Origin: Perkinsela sp. CCAP 1560/9
Lineage: Eukaryota; Protista; Euglenozoa: Kinetoplastea
DNA: 64,000 bases
Assembly (NCBI GenBank): GCA_965644495.1
Contig: CBFFSA010000035.1
Location: forward strand, 24,001 to 88,000
Direction of reading: 5' to 3'
Positions within the stretch are counted from its first letter, which is position 1. Each line of letters begins with the position of its first letter. Positions 1 through 11,800 of the stretch are shown here, in pieces. The notes under the pieces were generated by a model, which did no database searches, was not told where the DNA came from, and saw only the letters and a list, made by a program, of their open reading frames with translations. Made by a program: the position numbers and the translations under genes.

Positions 1-1641
1 GTCACATACGCCTTCCGAGATAGCAAAAGCGTTTGAACGCCTGAAAGCATTACTGGCAGAGAGCAGCATTGAGCTCTCCGCTCAGAAATGTGTATGGTTC
101 GGCGGACTGCAAGGTACAGAGATGCCAACAAGCTTGAAGGAAGTGGGGGTCCGGAATGAAGAAGATGCGACCAAAATTCTTGGAGCGTTTATAGGGAAGG
201 AGGAAACGATAAGTGAGAAGTTACTACAGCGAGTCGACAAACACAAGGACATATTCAGATGACTGAAATCGATGTGCATGAGCAACGCATCGCTTATAAT
301 CCTGTCGAAGTGTGTCAATGTACGACAGCAATTTCACATGAGAGTGCACAGCCCAGCGGCCACCGAAAAATGCGCACAGCTCTTCGACCATCAAGTGGAA
401 GAAGTCCTAGAAACCTGGTTGGGTAAATTGCAAAAACAACAGATGGACATCGCACGTCTACCAATTAAGAAGGGAGGGTTGGGTCTCACGTCATGCTACC
501 ACACGCGAGAAGCAGCATACAATGCGTCCAGACACGCGGCTCTGAAGCAAAGAAAATCCTTTTCAGCTCGAGCCACGTCAACGGAAGCCAGGTGCACCGA
601 CAGCGTAAATTCAGTTCAGAAAAATACGTCACCCCCCCCTACAGACGAACTCGCCACAGCTGCGAAACTCCACGAACATGCCTGGAACAAACTCTTTAAC
701 GATCCAGAAATAGCACCAATCCTGAGGGCCACTACCACCAAAGGGAGTTACGACTGGCTTATGTCACATACGAGATATATTCCACCCCACGTTTTTGAAT
801 TAGCCATAATGCCGAGATTGGGGATAGAACATCCGCGCCTGCCGAAAAGCTTGCTATGCCCAGGATGCCGTTCCATACTCGACAACAGATCAGCTCTCAC
901 TCACATCAGTGGATGTGCGCAATGCTCTGGTATCAATGCCTCCGTGAAGCACAACATGCTGGTGAAATTCTTGCACGACCTTTGCATGCGCGCAGGGATA
1001 CCATGTGAGAGTGAACCTCGAGCATTCAGTAACTGGACGTGCACTACGTGTAGGAATGTGGTAAGCCGAGAAAGCCAACCTACGCACAGCAAAATATGTA
1101 CAGGACGGCACCTTCATCGATCTGGGCCAGACCTTGTGATATACTGGGACACAGGAGCTATATTTTATGATCTTACCGTCGTGCACGAGATGACACCTTC
1201 CCACATAAATAAGAAAAGCTCTCAATTGATCCGTGACGTCATTCATCGCAAAATGGAAACTTACGTCGCAACGGGAATGATCGCCCAAGAATCGTTCCAA
1301 TGCATTCCGATTCTGTCCTCCGGATCACTACACGCGAACACACGCAATCTGATCAGAGCCTTGGCAGACGCTTGTCTTCTGAACGCCCGCGAGAGGGAAC
1401 TCTCGTTCAAGCTACTGTTGCAAAACTTAAACGGCCTCGTGGTACACTCCCAACTTCGGGAGCACCTCGAAGACAAGTAATAGATTTTAGAAATATTCTA
1501 TAATGGTGAAATAGCTGAGAGATAATATCCGTTGACATCTAAATATTATATATTTTCTATTTTATGCGGAGATAGTTTCTCTTCGAAAATTGAGAGAAGG
1601 GGGGAAGGAGCACATTTCTCATTTTCCTACAAAAAAAAAAA
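1..1641 (+). mobile_element. CRE-clade (SLACS/CZAR/CRE-like) non-LTR retrotransposon, family A, copy A1; 5' part outside window
   Basis: End of RT/thumb, LPIKKGGLGL motif, CPGC..H..C zinc motif, RLE motif RSGPD..YDLTV; colinear with the 51144 ORF; 3' UTR ends in an A-run at 1631-1641. Confidence 0.88.
2..1480 (+). pseudogene. C-terminal part of RT-RLE polyprotein with an in-frame TGA at 260-262
   Basis: Frame from position 2 reads SHTPSEIAKAFERLK..KCVWF..KILGAFIG..KHKDIFR*LKSM, matching copy A2 (KSEWF..KILGAYIG..KHQCLFRRLRRM); the stop aligns with Arg (CGA>TGA). Confidence 0.85.
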
Positions 1642-1675
1642 TTAACGATAAAGATACAGTTTCTGTACCTTGTTG
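1642..1675 (+). other. Spliced-leader (mini-exon)-like sequence, exon only, at the A1 poly(A)/B1 5' junction
   Basis: Contains TAACG and the kinetoplastid/diplonemid SL core ACAGTTTCTGTAC and ends in TTG; not followed by a GT donor; identical 34-mer on the minus strand at 22932-22965. Confidence 0.85.
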
Positions 1676-1717
1676 AATTAATTTTTCTTTCTCTCTATTG
1701 CTTACTAGGGTCGCACC

Positions 1718-4700
1718 ATGCCGCCCGACGATTCCTTTGATGCCAACGCGTTACCAATGGATGATGACTCTTTTCGCCAGGAACAAATGTCACACAAACC
1801 CGGAGATTGGGACCAATTCGCAGGAAACGCTCACCTGATTTCCGGCCAAAGCACCTACAATGAACTTTTGTATACGACACCTATCCCCGAAAACGTACCT
1901 AAACACTGGACCGAAAGAGCCTACAAGATCGCGGCAGAGGAACCTACACCGGACACAGGCAGAATGACCGCGGACGAAGAGACAAATCACTCCCTTGTCG
2001 TGGCAAACAACGTGGGAATTACTTCGGAGGCCTCATCCGCCCACATTTTCTCTCCAACTAAGGCTACAAAGCGCAAGAATACTGATTCTGCCCCTACCAC
2101 ATACCACAACGCCAATACGCAGCAGAAGGATGTAGAACGTCAATGCCCAGCAGAAGGATGTACGTGGAAAACCCCACCACATAGCGGAAAATGGCAGGCA
2201 TTTTATCACCATGTAGCTCATCGACACGGCAAAAACATTCCAAACGAGTGGTGGGAGGGAGAGGGAAGATTCCTCTGCAGAGAGTGTGGCAGACACTACG
2301 CCAAGAACAAGCTCAAGTCTCTCTCACCCCAAAAACTGCAGGGGCCGCAACAATTCCGGACGGTCATTAGCCCCACCAACGGCACGTCCCCAAAACGCAG
2401 AAGAAAATCCAACAGACAATTTGCCATCACTCGGCTCCATCTGCGCACTTCCCATGAACACCTGCAAAGACGTTCCACACTGTTGCAGATTCCTCTGGGC
2501 GAGCATCCTCACGCAATCCTTGACATCCGCAGTGAAGGAAAACACGGTAGAGGCATGGACACTTCTCGCAATGCTCCCTAAGTGTGTCCTACCAGCACCT
2601 TTCCGAGGCGGTCGCAAAGGCCACACATCATACTCTACGTACGTCGAAAACCGCATGAAACTGTGGCTAGCGGGGGAGTACCTCTTGCTATGGGAAGATG
2701 CCCAGAGGGATCATTATAAAAAGCGCTCCAGATCACGCGACTCCGAAATCGATGCAGACAGAGCGGCAATTCGAGCCGAACTCTTGGCCCGCCAGGGGGA
2801 ATTTTCCAGGGGAATGGCAGCCCTAACCGCAGCCCCCATGGCGCCAGACAATGCAGATACCCTCGAAAAGCTCTTGGAGAAGCATCCAGACCCACACGAA
2901 AATCCCTTGCAGAATGATCTACCACCGATCGAGGGCAACCCCCTACACCTAGAGGAAACAGAGGTCAAAAAAGCGATCGTCAGCTTCCGCAGGGGATCTT
3001 CAGCCGGCACGATGGGCCTTCGTCCAGAGCACCTCCAGGCAGCCATCTTGGAACATGTGGACAAGGATGTGAATCCTCTCTCGGCCCTCACGCGACTAGT
3101 GAACCACATGCTTCAAGGAAAAGCGCCACAAGACGTCCAATCATTCTACGCTGGAGCCCGGCTCTGCGCCCTGGAAAAAGGCGAGGACGATGTTCGACCA
3201 ATCGCAGCGGGTGAAACCCTTAGACGCCTCGTAAGCAAGGCGGCATGTATCTCGATAAAGGAGAAAGCGGGTACTCTGTTCAACGGGCGACAATATGGTG
3301 TAGCAGCCCCCGCGGGAGCCGAACGAGTTATCCACCTCTGCCGGAGAGCCATGCTCAATAACCTGGGGAGTGACAATTTTGTCTTCTGCAAAGTGGACTT
3401 AAGAAACGCTTTCAATAACGTCAGCAGGCCTGTTCTCACCCTAACCACGCGCTTAAATTTCCCTGAACTCTCACCTTGGGTAGAGTGGTGTTACTCCAAC
3501 GTGAGCTGTCTTGCCTACAGAGACAATGTCATACCCTCGGCGGAGGGGGTACAACAAGGAGACCCACTAGGCCCTCTTCTCTTCTCTCTAGTACTATCCA
3601 GTGTAACAGAAGAAATATCGTCTCGGTCGAATCTAGACACTCAACTTTGGTACCTAGATGACGGGGTACTCATAGGGGAGGCTGAGGAGGTCAGGAAGGC
3701 GCTCGATGTTTTTTCCAATGTTGGCTCCCGATGCGGACTTTTCCTAAACCCATCGAAATGTGAGATAATAACACCGCCTTCTTCATCCCATCTCACAGGA
3801 TTATTTCCAGAGATACCGAAGACTAAAACTCGTACTGATGGAAATTTCGACATCTTGGGCTCCCCGATTGGGTCAGCGGAGCATTGCGTGGAGTTTCTCA
3901 GGTCAGAAGCCATTGAGCCCGCACGCGAAACACTAGACGCAATAGGTTTCATAGGAGACCCACAAGTAGCCATGTCCCTCATCCGGCAGTGCACTGGATT
4001 CTGTCAAATGGTCTACGCACTTCGCACGACACCCCCTCAGGCGCTTTCTGAGCTTTGTAATTCCCTTGATGAAAATGTTCTAAAAGCCGCGGAATGGACA
4101 CTTTTCCCTCTGGATTCCCACGCGCGTGACCAAATCCAACGTAAGAAGCGCAACGGGGGTTTTGGTCTCAGGTCTTCGCTCCTCCACGCAACAGCAGCAT
4201 ATGTCTCCTCCGTTGCGCACGCCGCCGATGCAGACGATTGGGACCCTTCAGAAGCCGAGGGATTCACCATTTCCGTGCAAGACGTGAATAGAAAGGCGGG
4301 GGTAGAACTTGTGGATCCCGGTACAGGACGCATCCCGAAACAGAATAAACCACATCCAGAGCCCAGCCAAAGACACAACCTCACCTCGAGAAGCAAACGC
4401 CCACGACACATACTCAACAACTTGGACGCGGATAAGACGGCCGAGCCGGAGATGGTTATCCCCCGGCAGCAGCAACTGAGCCAAGCCATATCGCAGCAGG
4501 AATTCACTACAGCCTACGGCCAGGCCGACCCCCGCACCCGAGCACGATGGGTTTCTCAGTCAGGAAAGGGAGCTGGGAGCTGGGCCTTCGTCACGCCCTC
4601 AAGGAGTAAAGGTTTTGCTTTCACACCAACCGAGTTCCGCACGTTATCGCGCTGGTGGTTCGGCATGGACATTTATGGCCAAGACCGCCCCTGCCCAGCA

Positions 4701-5308
4701 AACGGGTGTTCCCTACCCCTACAGAAAAATGGGGAGCATGCATTATTGTGCAAGAACGGACATGGCCTCATCACGCGGCACAATGCGCTTTGTGTAGAAT
4801 TCGCCTCCTTTTGCAGCAAGGCCAACATGGCTCCCCAGCGAGAAAAAAGTCTAGGAAATCGGGGGCCAGGAGGGGGTCTCACCAGACCGGCTGACGTTTT
4901 CCTCCCCACGTACACTCTAGGGAAAGGCATGGTACTAGACTTCGCAGTCACCCACGCACAGCAAACAAAGTATTTGGACTCTGTCCGGAATGCTAGCTGG
5001 GTGGCTGCAGGGGCTTTCGCCGAGCATTACTCAGAAACGAAGGAAAAACAACGTCAAGAAGCAGAAGAAGCACAACTAGGGTTCACGGCCATGGTTGTCG
5101 AGTCTTTTGGCTCCTGGAGTAAAAGCGCAATGGCGGTCTTATGGAAGGTGGGAGCACTACGCGCCAACTCGTCAAAAGGTCTTCTCACGGATGCTCCCGA
5201 AATGACCTTCTGAAAGAGCTTAACGTCACACTCATGCGCTCTCAGGCCCGCATGATGGTCTCCCGGATAGTCGTCAGTGACCCCCAAGATCCCCTGGAAG
5301 GGGAGTAG
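1718..5308 (+). pseudogene. Family B ZnF-RT-RLE ORF broken by two frameshifts (~2320 and ~5190)
   Basis: Track ORFs 1718-2581 and 2286-5213 are consecutive pieces of the single ORF in copy B2; the C-terminus RNDLLKELNVTLMRSQARMMVSRI..EGE* continues in another frame to TAG 5306-5308. Confidence 0.88.
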
Positions 5309-5347
5309 GGCCCACAGGCATGGTCCTCTAGGGTAACAAGACGATTA

Positions 5348-5585
5348 GGGTGCTGGTCGCGTCGACAGAGTCTATACTCACGCCTAGCCCGCGAGGGCTA
5401 GGTACCCCAAGTGAGGTAGTACACGGGCAGTGAATCTCCTCCCCGTCGGCCAGCATCCTGTTTCGCGACCGTGTCGCTGTCGACACAGGCCCGCACCTGC
5501 GCCCTCCCGTAAACAAGGGAAGGGTTCACAAGTCAGGCCGTGGAGTGGTCGAAAGACCCGGTCCGGAACGCGCGAATGGATTGGG
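5348..5585 (+). ncRNA. Conserved structured RNA element in the family B 3' UTR (function unknown)
   Basis: About 8 differences in ~239 nt versus 62933-63171; 12-bp closing helix, GCGA and GAAA tetraloop hairpins, GTCGACAG/CTGTCGAC crossing pair. Confidence 0.7.
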
Positions 5586-5718
5586 TCTGGATTGCTTGTT
5601 TTTATTTTTACTGTGTCTTGTTTGTCATATATACTTAGGGGAGATTGAATTGCTAGTTTTGGGCTAAGAAAAAAGAAAAAAAAAGAAAAAGAAAATATAC
5701 TTCTGTGGAAATAAAAAG

Positions 5719-5806
5719 AATTGCTAATTTGATTGCTTGTTTTGAATTCATATACCCCCCCAATGGACCTCCTATGTACTTGGTTCGTCTACTGGGTCAA
5801 AATAGA
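5719..5806 (+). other. Second conserved 3' UTR block of family B, just upstream of poly(A)
   Basis: AATTGCTAATTTGATTGCTTGTT..CATATACCCCCCCAATGGACCT..TACTTGGTTCGTCTACTG also at 63266-63349, with divergent flanks. Confidence 0.7.
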
Positions 5807-5836
5807 GGGGCAATGCCGCGATTCAAAAAAAAAAAA

Positions 5837-8800
5837 TCTTTTGTTAAGACCCTTTCTTTTGTTAAGACCCTTTCTTTTGTTAAGCCCCTTTCTTTTGTTA
5901 AGCCCCTTTCTTTTGTTAAGCCCCTTTCTTTTGTTAAGCCCCTTTCTTTTGTTAAGCCCCTTTCTTTTGTTAAGCCCCTTTCTTTTGTTAAGCCCCTTTC
6001 TTTTGTTAAGCCCCTTTCTTTTGTTAAGCCCCTTTCTTTTGTTAAGACCCTTTCTTTTGTTAAGACCCTTTCTTTTGTTAAGACCCTTTCTTTTGTTAAG
6101 ACCCTTTCTTTTGTTAAGACCCTTTCTTTTGTTAAGCCCCTTTCTTTTGTTAAGACCCTTTCTTTTGTTAAGACCCTTTCTTTTGTTAAGACTCTTTCTT
6201 TTGTTAAGACCCTTTCTTTTGTTAAGACCCTTTCTTTTGTTAAGACCCTTTCTTTTGTTAAGACCTTTTCTTTTGTTAAGACCCTTTCTTTTGTTAAGAC
6301 CCTTTGTTTTGTTAAGACCTTTTCTTTTGTTAAGACCCTTTCTTTTGTTAAGACCCTTTCTTTTCTTAAGCCCCTTTCTTTTGTTAAGACCCTTCCTTTT
6401 GTTAAGACCCTTTCTTTTGTTAAGCCCCTTTCTTTTGTTAAGCCCCTTTCTTTTGTTAAGCCCCTTTCTTTTGTTAAGCCCCTTTCTTTTGTTAAGACCC
6501 TTTCTTTTGTTAAGACCCTTTCTTTTGTTAAGACTCTTTCTTTTGTTAAGCCCCTTTCTTTTGTTAAGACCCTTTCTTTTGTTAAGACCCTTTCTTTTGT
6601 TAAGACCCTTTCTTTTGTTAAGACCCTTTCTTTTGTTAAGACCCTTTCTTTTGTTAAGACCCTTTCTTTTGTTAAGACCCTTTCTTTTGTTAAGACCCTT
6701 TCTTTTGTTAAGACTCTTTCTTTTGTTAAGACCCTTTCTTTTGTTAAGACCCTTTCTTTTGTTAAGACCCTTTCTTTTGTTAAGACCTTTTCTTTTGTTA
6801 AGACCCTTTATTTTGTTAAGACCCTTTGTTTTGTTAAGACCTTTTCTTTTGTTAAGACCCTTTCTTTTGTTAAGACCCTTTCTTTTGTTAAGCCCCTTTC
6901 TTTTGTTAAGACCCTTCCTTTTGTTAAGACCCTTTCTTTTGTTAAGCCCCTTTCTTTTGTTAAGCCCCTTTCTTTTGTTAAGCCCCTTTCTTTTGTTAAG
7001 CCCCTTTCTTTTGTTAAGCCCCTTTCTTTTGTTAAGACCCTTTCTTTTGTTAAGACTCTTTCTTTTGTTAAGCCCCTTTCTTTTGTTAAGACCCTTTCTT
7101 TTGTTAAGACCCTTTCTTTTGTTAAGACCCTTTCTTTTGTTAAGACCCTTTCTTTTGTTAAGACCCTTTCTTTTGTTAAGACCCTTTCTTTTGTTAAGAC
7201 CCTTTCTTTTGTTAAGACCCTTTCTTTTGTTAAGACCCTTTCTTTTGTTAAGACCCTTTCTTTTGTTAAGACCCTTTCTTTTATTAAGACCCTTTCTTTT
7301 GTTAAGACCCTTTCTTTTGTTAAGCCCCTTTCTTTTGTTAAGACCCTTTCTTTTGTTAAGCCCCTTTCTTTTGTTAAGACCCTTTCTTTTGTTAAGACCC
7401 TTTCTTTTGTTAAGCCCCTTTCTTTTGTTAAGACCCTTTCTTTTGTTAAGACCCTTTCTTTTGTTAAGCCCCTTTCTTTTGTTAAGACCCTTTCTTTTGT
7501 TAAGACCCTTTCTTTTGTTAAGACCCTTTCTTTTGTTAAGACCCTTTCTTTTGTTAAGACCCTTTCTTTTGTTAAGACCCTTTCTTTTGTTAAAACCCTT
7601 TCTTTTGTTAAGACCCTTTCTTTTGTTAAGACGCTTTCTTTTGTTAAGACCCTTTCTTTTGTTAAGACCCTTTCTTTTGTTAAGACCCTTTCTTTTGTTA
7701 AGCCCCTTTCTTTTGTTAAGACCCTTTCTTTTGTTAAGACCCTTTCTTTTGTTAAGACCCTTTCTTTTGTTAAGACCCTTTCTTTTGTTAAGACCCTTTC
7801 TTTTGTTAAGACCCTTTCTTTTGTTAAAACCCTTTCTTTTGTTAAGCCCCTTTCTTTTGTTAAGCCCCTTTCTTTTGTTAAGCCCCTTTCTTTTGTTAAG
7901 ACCCTTTCTTTTGTTAAGCCCCTTTCTTTTGTTAAGACCCTTTCTTTTGTTAAGCCCCTTTCTTTTGTTAAGACCCTTTCTCTTGTTAAGACCCTTTCTT
8001 TTGTTAAGACCCTTTCTTTTGTTAAGACCCTTTCTTTTGTTAAGACCCTTCCTTTTGTTAAGACCCTTTCTTTTGTTAAGACCCTTTCTTTTGTTAAGAC
8101 CCTTTCTTTTGTTAAGACCCTTTCTTTTGTTAAGCCCCTTTCTTTTGTTAAGACCCTTTCTTTTGTTAAGACCCTTTCTTTTGTTAAGACCCTTTCTTTT
8201 GTTAAGACCCTTTCTTTTGTTAAGACCCTTTCTTTTGTTAAAACCCTTTCTTTTGTTAAGCCCCTTTCTTTTGTTAAGACCCTTTCTTTTGTTAAAACCC
8301 TTTCTTTTGTTAAGCCCCTTTCTTTTGTTAAGCCCCTTTCTTTTGTTAAGACCCTTTCTTTTGTTAAGACCCTTTCTTTTGTTAAGCCCCTTTCTTTTGT
8401 TAAGACCCTTTCTTTTGTTAAGAACCTTTCTTTTGTTAAGACCCTTTCTTTTGTTAAGACCCTTTCTTTTGTTAAGACCCTTTCTTTTGTTAAGACCCTT
8501 TCTTTTGTTAAGACCTTTTCTTTTGTTAAGACCCTTTCTTTTGTTAAGACCCTTTCTTTTGTTAAGCCCCTTTCTTTTGTTAAGACCCTTTCTTTTGTTA
8601 AGCCCCTTTCTTTTGTTAAGCCCCTTTCTTTTGTTAAGACCCTTTCTTTTGTTAAGCCCCTTTCTTTTGTTAAGACCCTTTCTTTTGTTAAGACCCTTTC
8701 TTTTGTTAAGACCCTTTCTTTTGTTAAGCCCCTTTCTTTTGTTAAGACCCTTTCTTTTGTTAAGACCCTTTCTTTTGTTAAGACCCTTTCTTTTGTTAAG

Positions 8801-11800
8801 ACCCTTTCTTTTGTTAAGACCCTTTCTTTTGTTAAGACCCTTTCTTTTGTTAAAACCCTTTCTTTTGTTAAGCCCCTTTCTTTTGTTAAGCCCCTTTCTT
8901 TTGTTAAGACCCTTTCTTTTGTTAAGACCCTTTCTTTTGTTAAGACCCTTTCTTTTGTTAAGACCCTTTCTTTTGTTAAGCCCCTTTCTTTTGTTAAGAC
9001 CCTTTCTTTTGTTAAGACCCTTTCTTTTGTTAAGACCCTTTCTTTTGTTAAGACCCTTTCTTTTGTTAAGACCCTTTCTTTTATTAAGACCCTTTCTTTT
9101 GTTAAGACCCTTTCTTTTGTTAAGCCCCTTTCTTTTGTTAAGCCCCTTTCTTTTGTTAAGACCCTTTCTTTTGTTAAGCCCCTTTCTTTTGTTAAGCCCC
9201 TTTCTTTTGTTAAGACCCTTTCTTTTGTTAAGACCCTTTCTTTTGTTAAGACCCTTTCTTTTGTTAAGCCCCTTTCTTTTGTTAAGACCCTTTCTTTTGT
9301 TAAGACCCTTTCTTTTGTTAAGACCCTTTCTTTTGTTAAGACCCTTTCTTTTGTTAAGACCCTTTCTTTTGTTAAGCCCCTTTCTTTTGTTAAGACCCTT
9401 TCTTTTGTTAAGACCCTTTCTTTTGTTAAGCCCCTTTCTTTTGTTAAGACCCTTTCTTTTGTTAAGACCCTTTCTTTTGTTAAGACCCTTTCTTTTGTTA
9501 AAACCCTTTCTTTTGTTAAGCCCCTTTCTTTTGTTAAGCCCCTTTCTTTTGTTAAGACCCTTTCTTTTGTTAAGCCCCTTTCTTTTGTTAAGACCCTTTC
9601 TTTTGTTAAGACCCTTTCTTTTGTTAAGACCCTTTCTTTTGTTAAGACCCTTTCTTTTGTTAAGCCCCTTTCTTTTGTTAAGACCCTTTCTTTTGTTAAG
9701 ACCCTTTCTTTTGTTAAGCCCCTTTCTTTTGTTAAGACCCTTTCTTTTGTTAAGCCCCTTTCTTTTGTTAAGACCCTTTCTTTTGTTAAGACCCTTTCTT
9801 TTGTTAAGACCCTTTCTTTTGTTAAGACCCTTTCTTTTGTTAAGACCCTTTCTTTTGTTAAAACCCTTTCTTTTGTTAAGCCCCTTTCTTTTGTTAAGAC
9901 CCTTTCTTTTGTTAAGACCCTTTCTTTTGTTAAAACCCTTTCTTTTGTTAAGCCCCTTTCTTTTGTTAAGACCCTTTCTTTTGTTAAGCCCCTTTCTTTT
10001 GTTAAGACCCTTTCTTTTGTTAAGACCCTTTCTTTTGTTAAGCCCCTTTCTTTTGTTAAGACCCTTTCTTTTGTTAAGACCCTTTCTTTTGTTAAGACCC
10101 TTTCTTTTGTTAAGCCCCTTTTTTTTGTTAAGACCCTTTCTTTTGTTAAGACCCTTTCTTTTGTTAAGACCCTTTCTTTTGTTAAGACCCTTTCTTTTGT
10201 TAAGACCCTTTCTTTTGTTAAGACCCTTTCTTTTGTTAAGACCCTTTCTTTTGCTAAGACCCTTCCTTTTGTTAAGACCCTTTCTTTTGTTAAGACCCTT
10301 TCTTTTGTTAAGACCCTTTCTTTTGTTAAGACCCTTTCTTTTGTTAAGACCCTTTCTTTTGCTAAGACCCTTCCTTTTGTTAAGACCCTTTCTTTTGTTA
10401 AGACCCTTTCTTTTGTTAAGACCCTTTCTTTTGTTAAGACCCTTTCTTTTGTTAAGACCCTTTCTTTTGTTAAGACCCTTTCTTTTGTTAAGACCCTTTC
10501 TTTTGTTAAGACCCTTTCTTTTGTTAAGACCCTTTCTTTTGTTAAGACCCTTTCTTTTGTTAAGACCCTTTCTTTTGTTAAGACCCTTTCTTTTGTTAAG
10601 ACCCTTTCTTTTATTAAGATCCTTTCTTTTGTTAAGACCCTTTCTTTTGTTAAGCCCCTTTCTTTTGTTAAGCCCCTTTCTTTTGTTAAGCCCCTTTCTT
10701 TTGTTAAGACCCTTTCTTTTGTTAAGCCCCTTTCTTTTGTTAAGACCTTTTCTTTTGTTAAGACCCTTTCTTTTGTTAAGACCCTTTCTTTTGTTAAGAC
10801 ACTTTCTTTTGTTAAGACCCTTTCTTTTGTTAAGACCCTTTCTTTTGTTAAAACCCTTTCTTTTGTTAAGCCCCTTTCTTTTGTTAAGCCCCTTTCTTTT
10901 GTTAAGACCCTTTCTTTTGTTAAGCCCCTTTCTTTTGTTAAGACCCTTTCTTTTGTTAAGACCCTTTCTTTTGTTAAGACCCTTTCTTTTGTTAAGACCC
11001 TTTCTTTTGTTAAGACCCTTTCTTTTGTTAAGCCCCTTTCTTTTGTTAAGACCCTTTCTTTTGTTAAGCCCCTTTCTTTTGTTAAGACCCTTTCTTTTGT
11101 TAAGACCCTTTCTTTTGTTAAGACCCTTTCTTTTGTTAAGACCCTTTCTTTTGTTAAGACCCTTTCTTTTGTTAAGACCCTTTCTTTTGTTAAAACCCTT
11201 TCTTTTGTTAAGCCCCTTTCTTTTGTTAAGACCCTTTCTTTTGTTAAGCCCCTTTCTTTTGTTAAGACCCTTTCTTTTGTTAAGACCCTTTCTTTTGTTA
11301 AGACCCTTTCTTTTGTTAAGACCCTTTCTTTTGTTAAAACCCTTTCTTTTGTTAAGACCCTTTCTTTTGTTAAGCCCCTTTCTTTTGTTAAGACCCTTTC
11401 TTTTGTTAAGACCCTTTCTTTTGTTAAGACCCTTTCTTTTGTTAAGCCCCTTTTTTTTGTTAAGACCCTTTCTTTTGTTAAGACCCTTTCTTTTGTTAAG
11501 ACCCTTTCTTTTGTTAAGACCCTTTCTTTTGTTAAGACCCTTTCTTTTGTTAAGACCCTTTCTTTTGCTAAGACCCTTCCTTTTGTTAAGACCCTTTCTT
11601 TTGTTAAGACCCTTTCTTTTGTTAAGACCCTTTCTTTTGTTAAGACCCTTTCTTTTGTTAAGACCCTTTCTTTTGTTAAGACCCTTTCTTTTGTTAAGAC
11701 CCTTTCTTTTGTTAAGACCCTTTCTTTTGTTAAGACCCTTTCTTTTGTTAAGACCCTTTCTTTTGTTAAGACCCTTTCTTTTGTTAAGACCCTTTCTTTT

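Larger units (their letters stand above)
1642..5836 (+). mobile_element. CRE-clade non-LTR retrotransposon, family B, copy B1 (full length, frameshifted)
   Basis: N-terminal zinc fingers, RT (GVQQGDPLGPLLF, YLDD), CPANGC..H..C, RLE (RHNAL..RPAD..LDFAVT), 3' UTR shared with the 62859-63400 copy, A12 tail at 5825-5836 abutting the satellite. Confidence 0.92.

Noticed and set aside
5532-5585. tRNA (GAGTGGTC resembles a D-loop)
   Set aside because: No acceptor stem, anticodon arm or T-arm at proper spacing
5054-5648. Short ORFs over the family B 3' UTR, including the similar minus-strand ORFs at 5328-5516 and 62904-63212
   Set aside because: Similarity simply reflects nucleotide conservation of the block; starts and ends differ and a 1-nt indel lies within it
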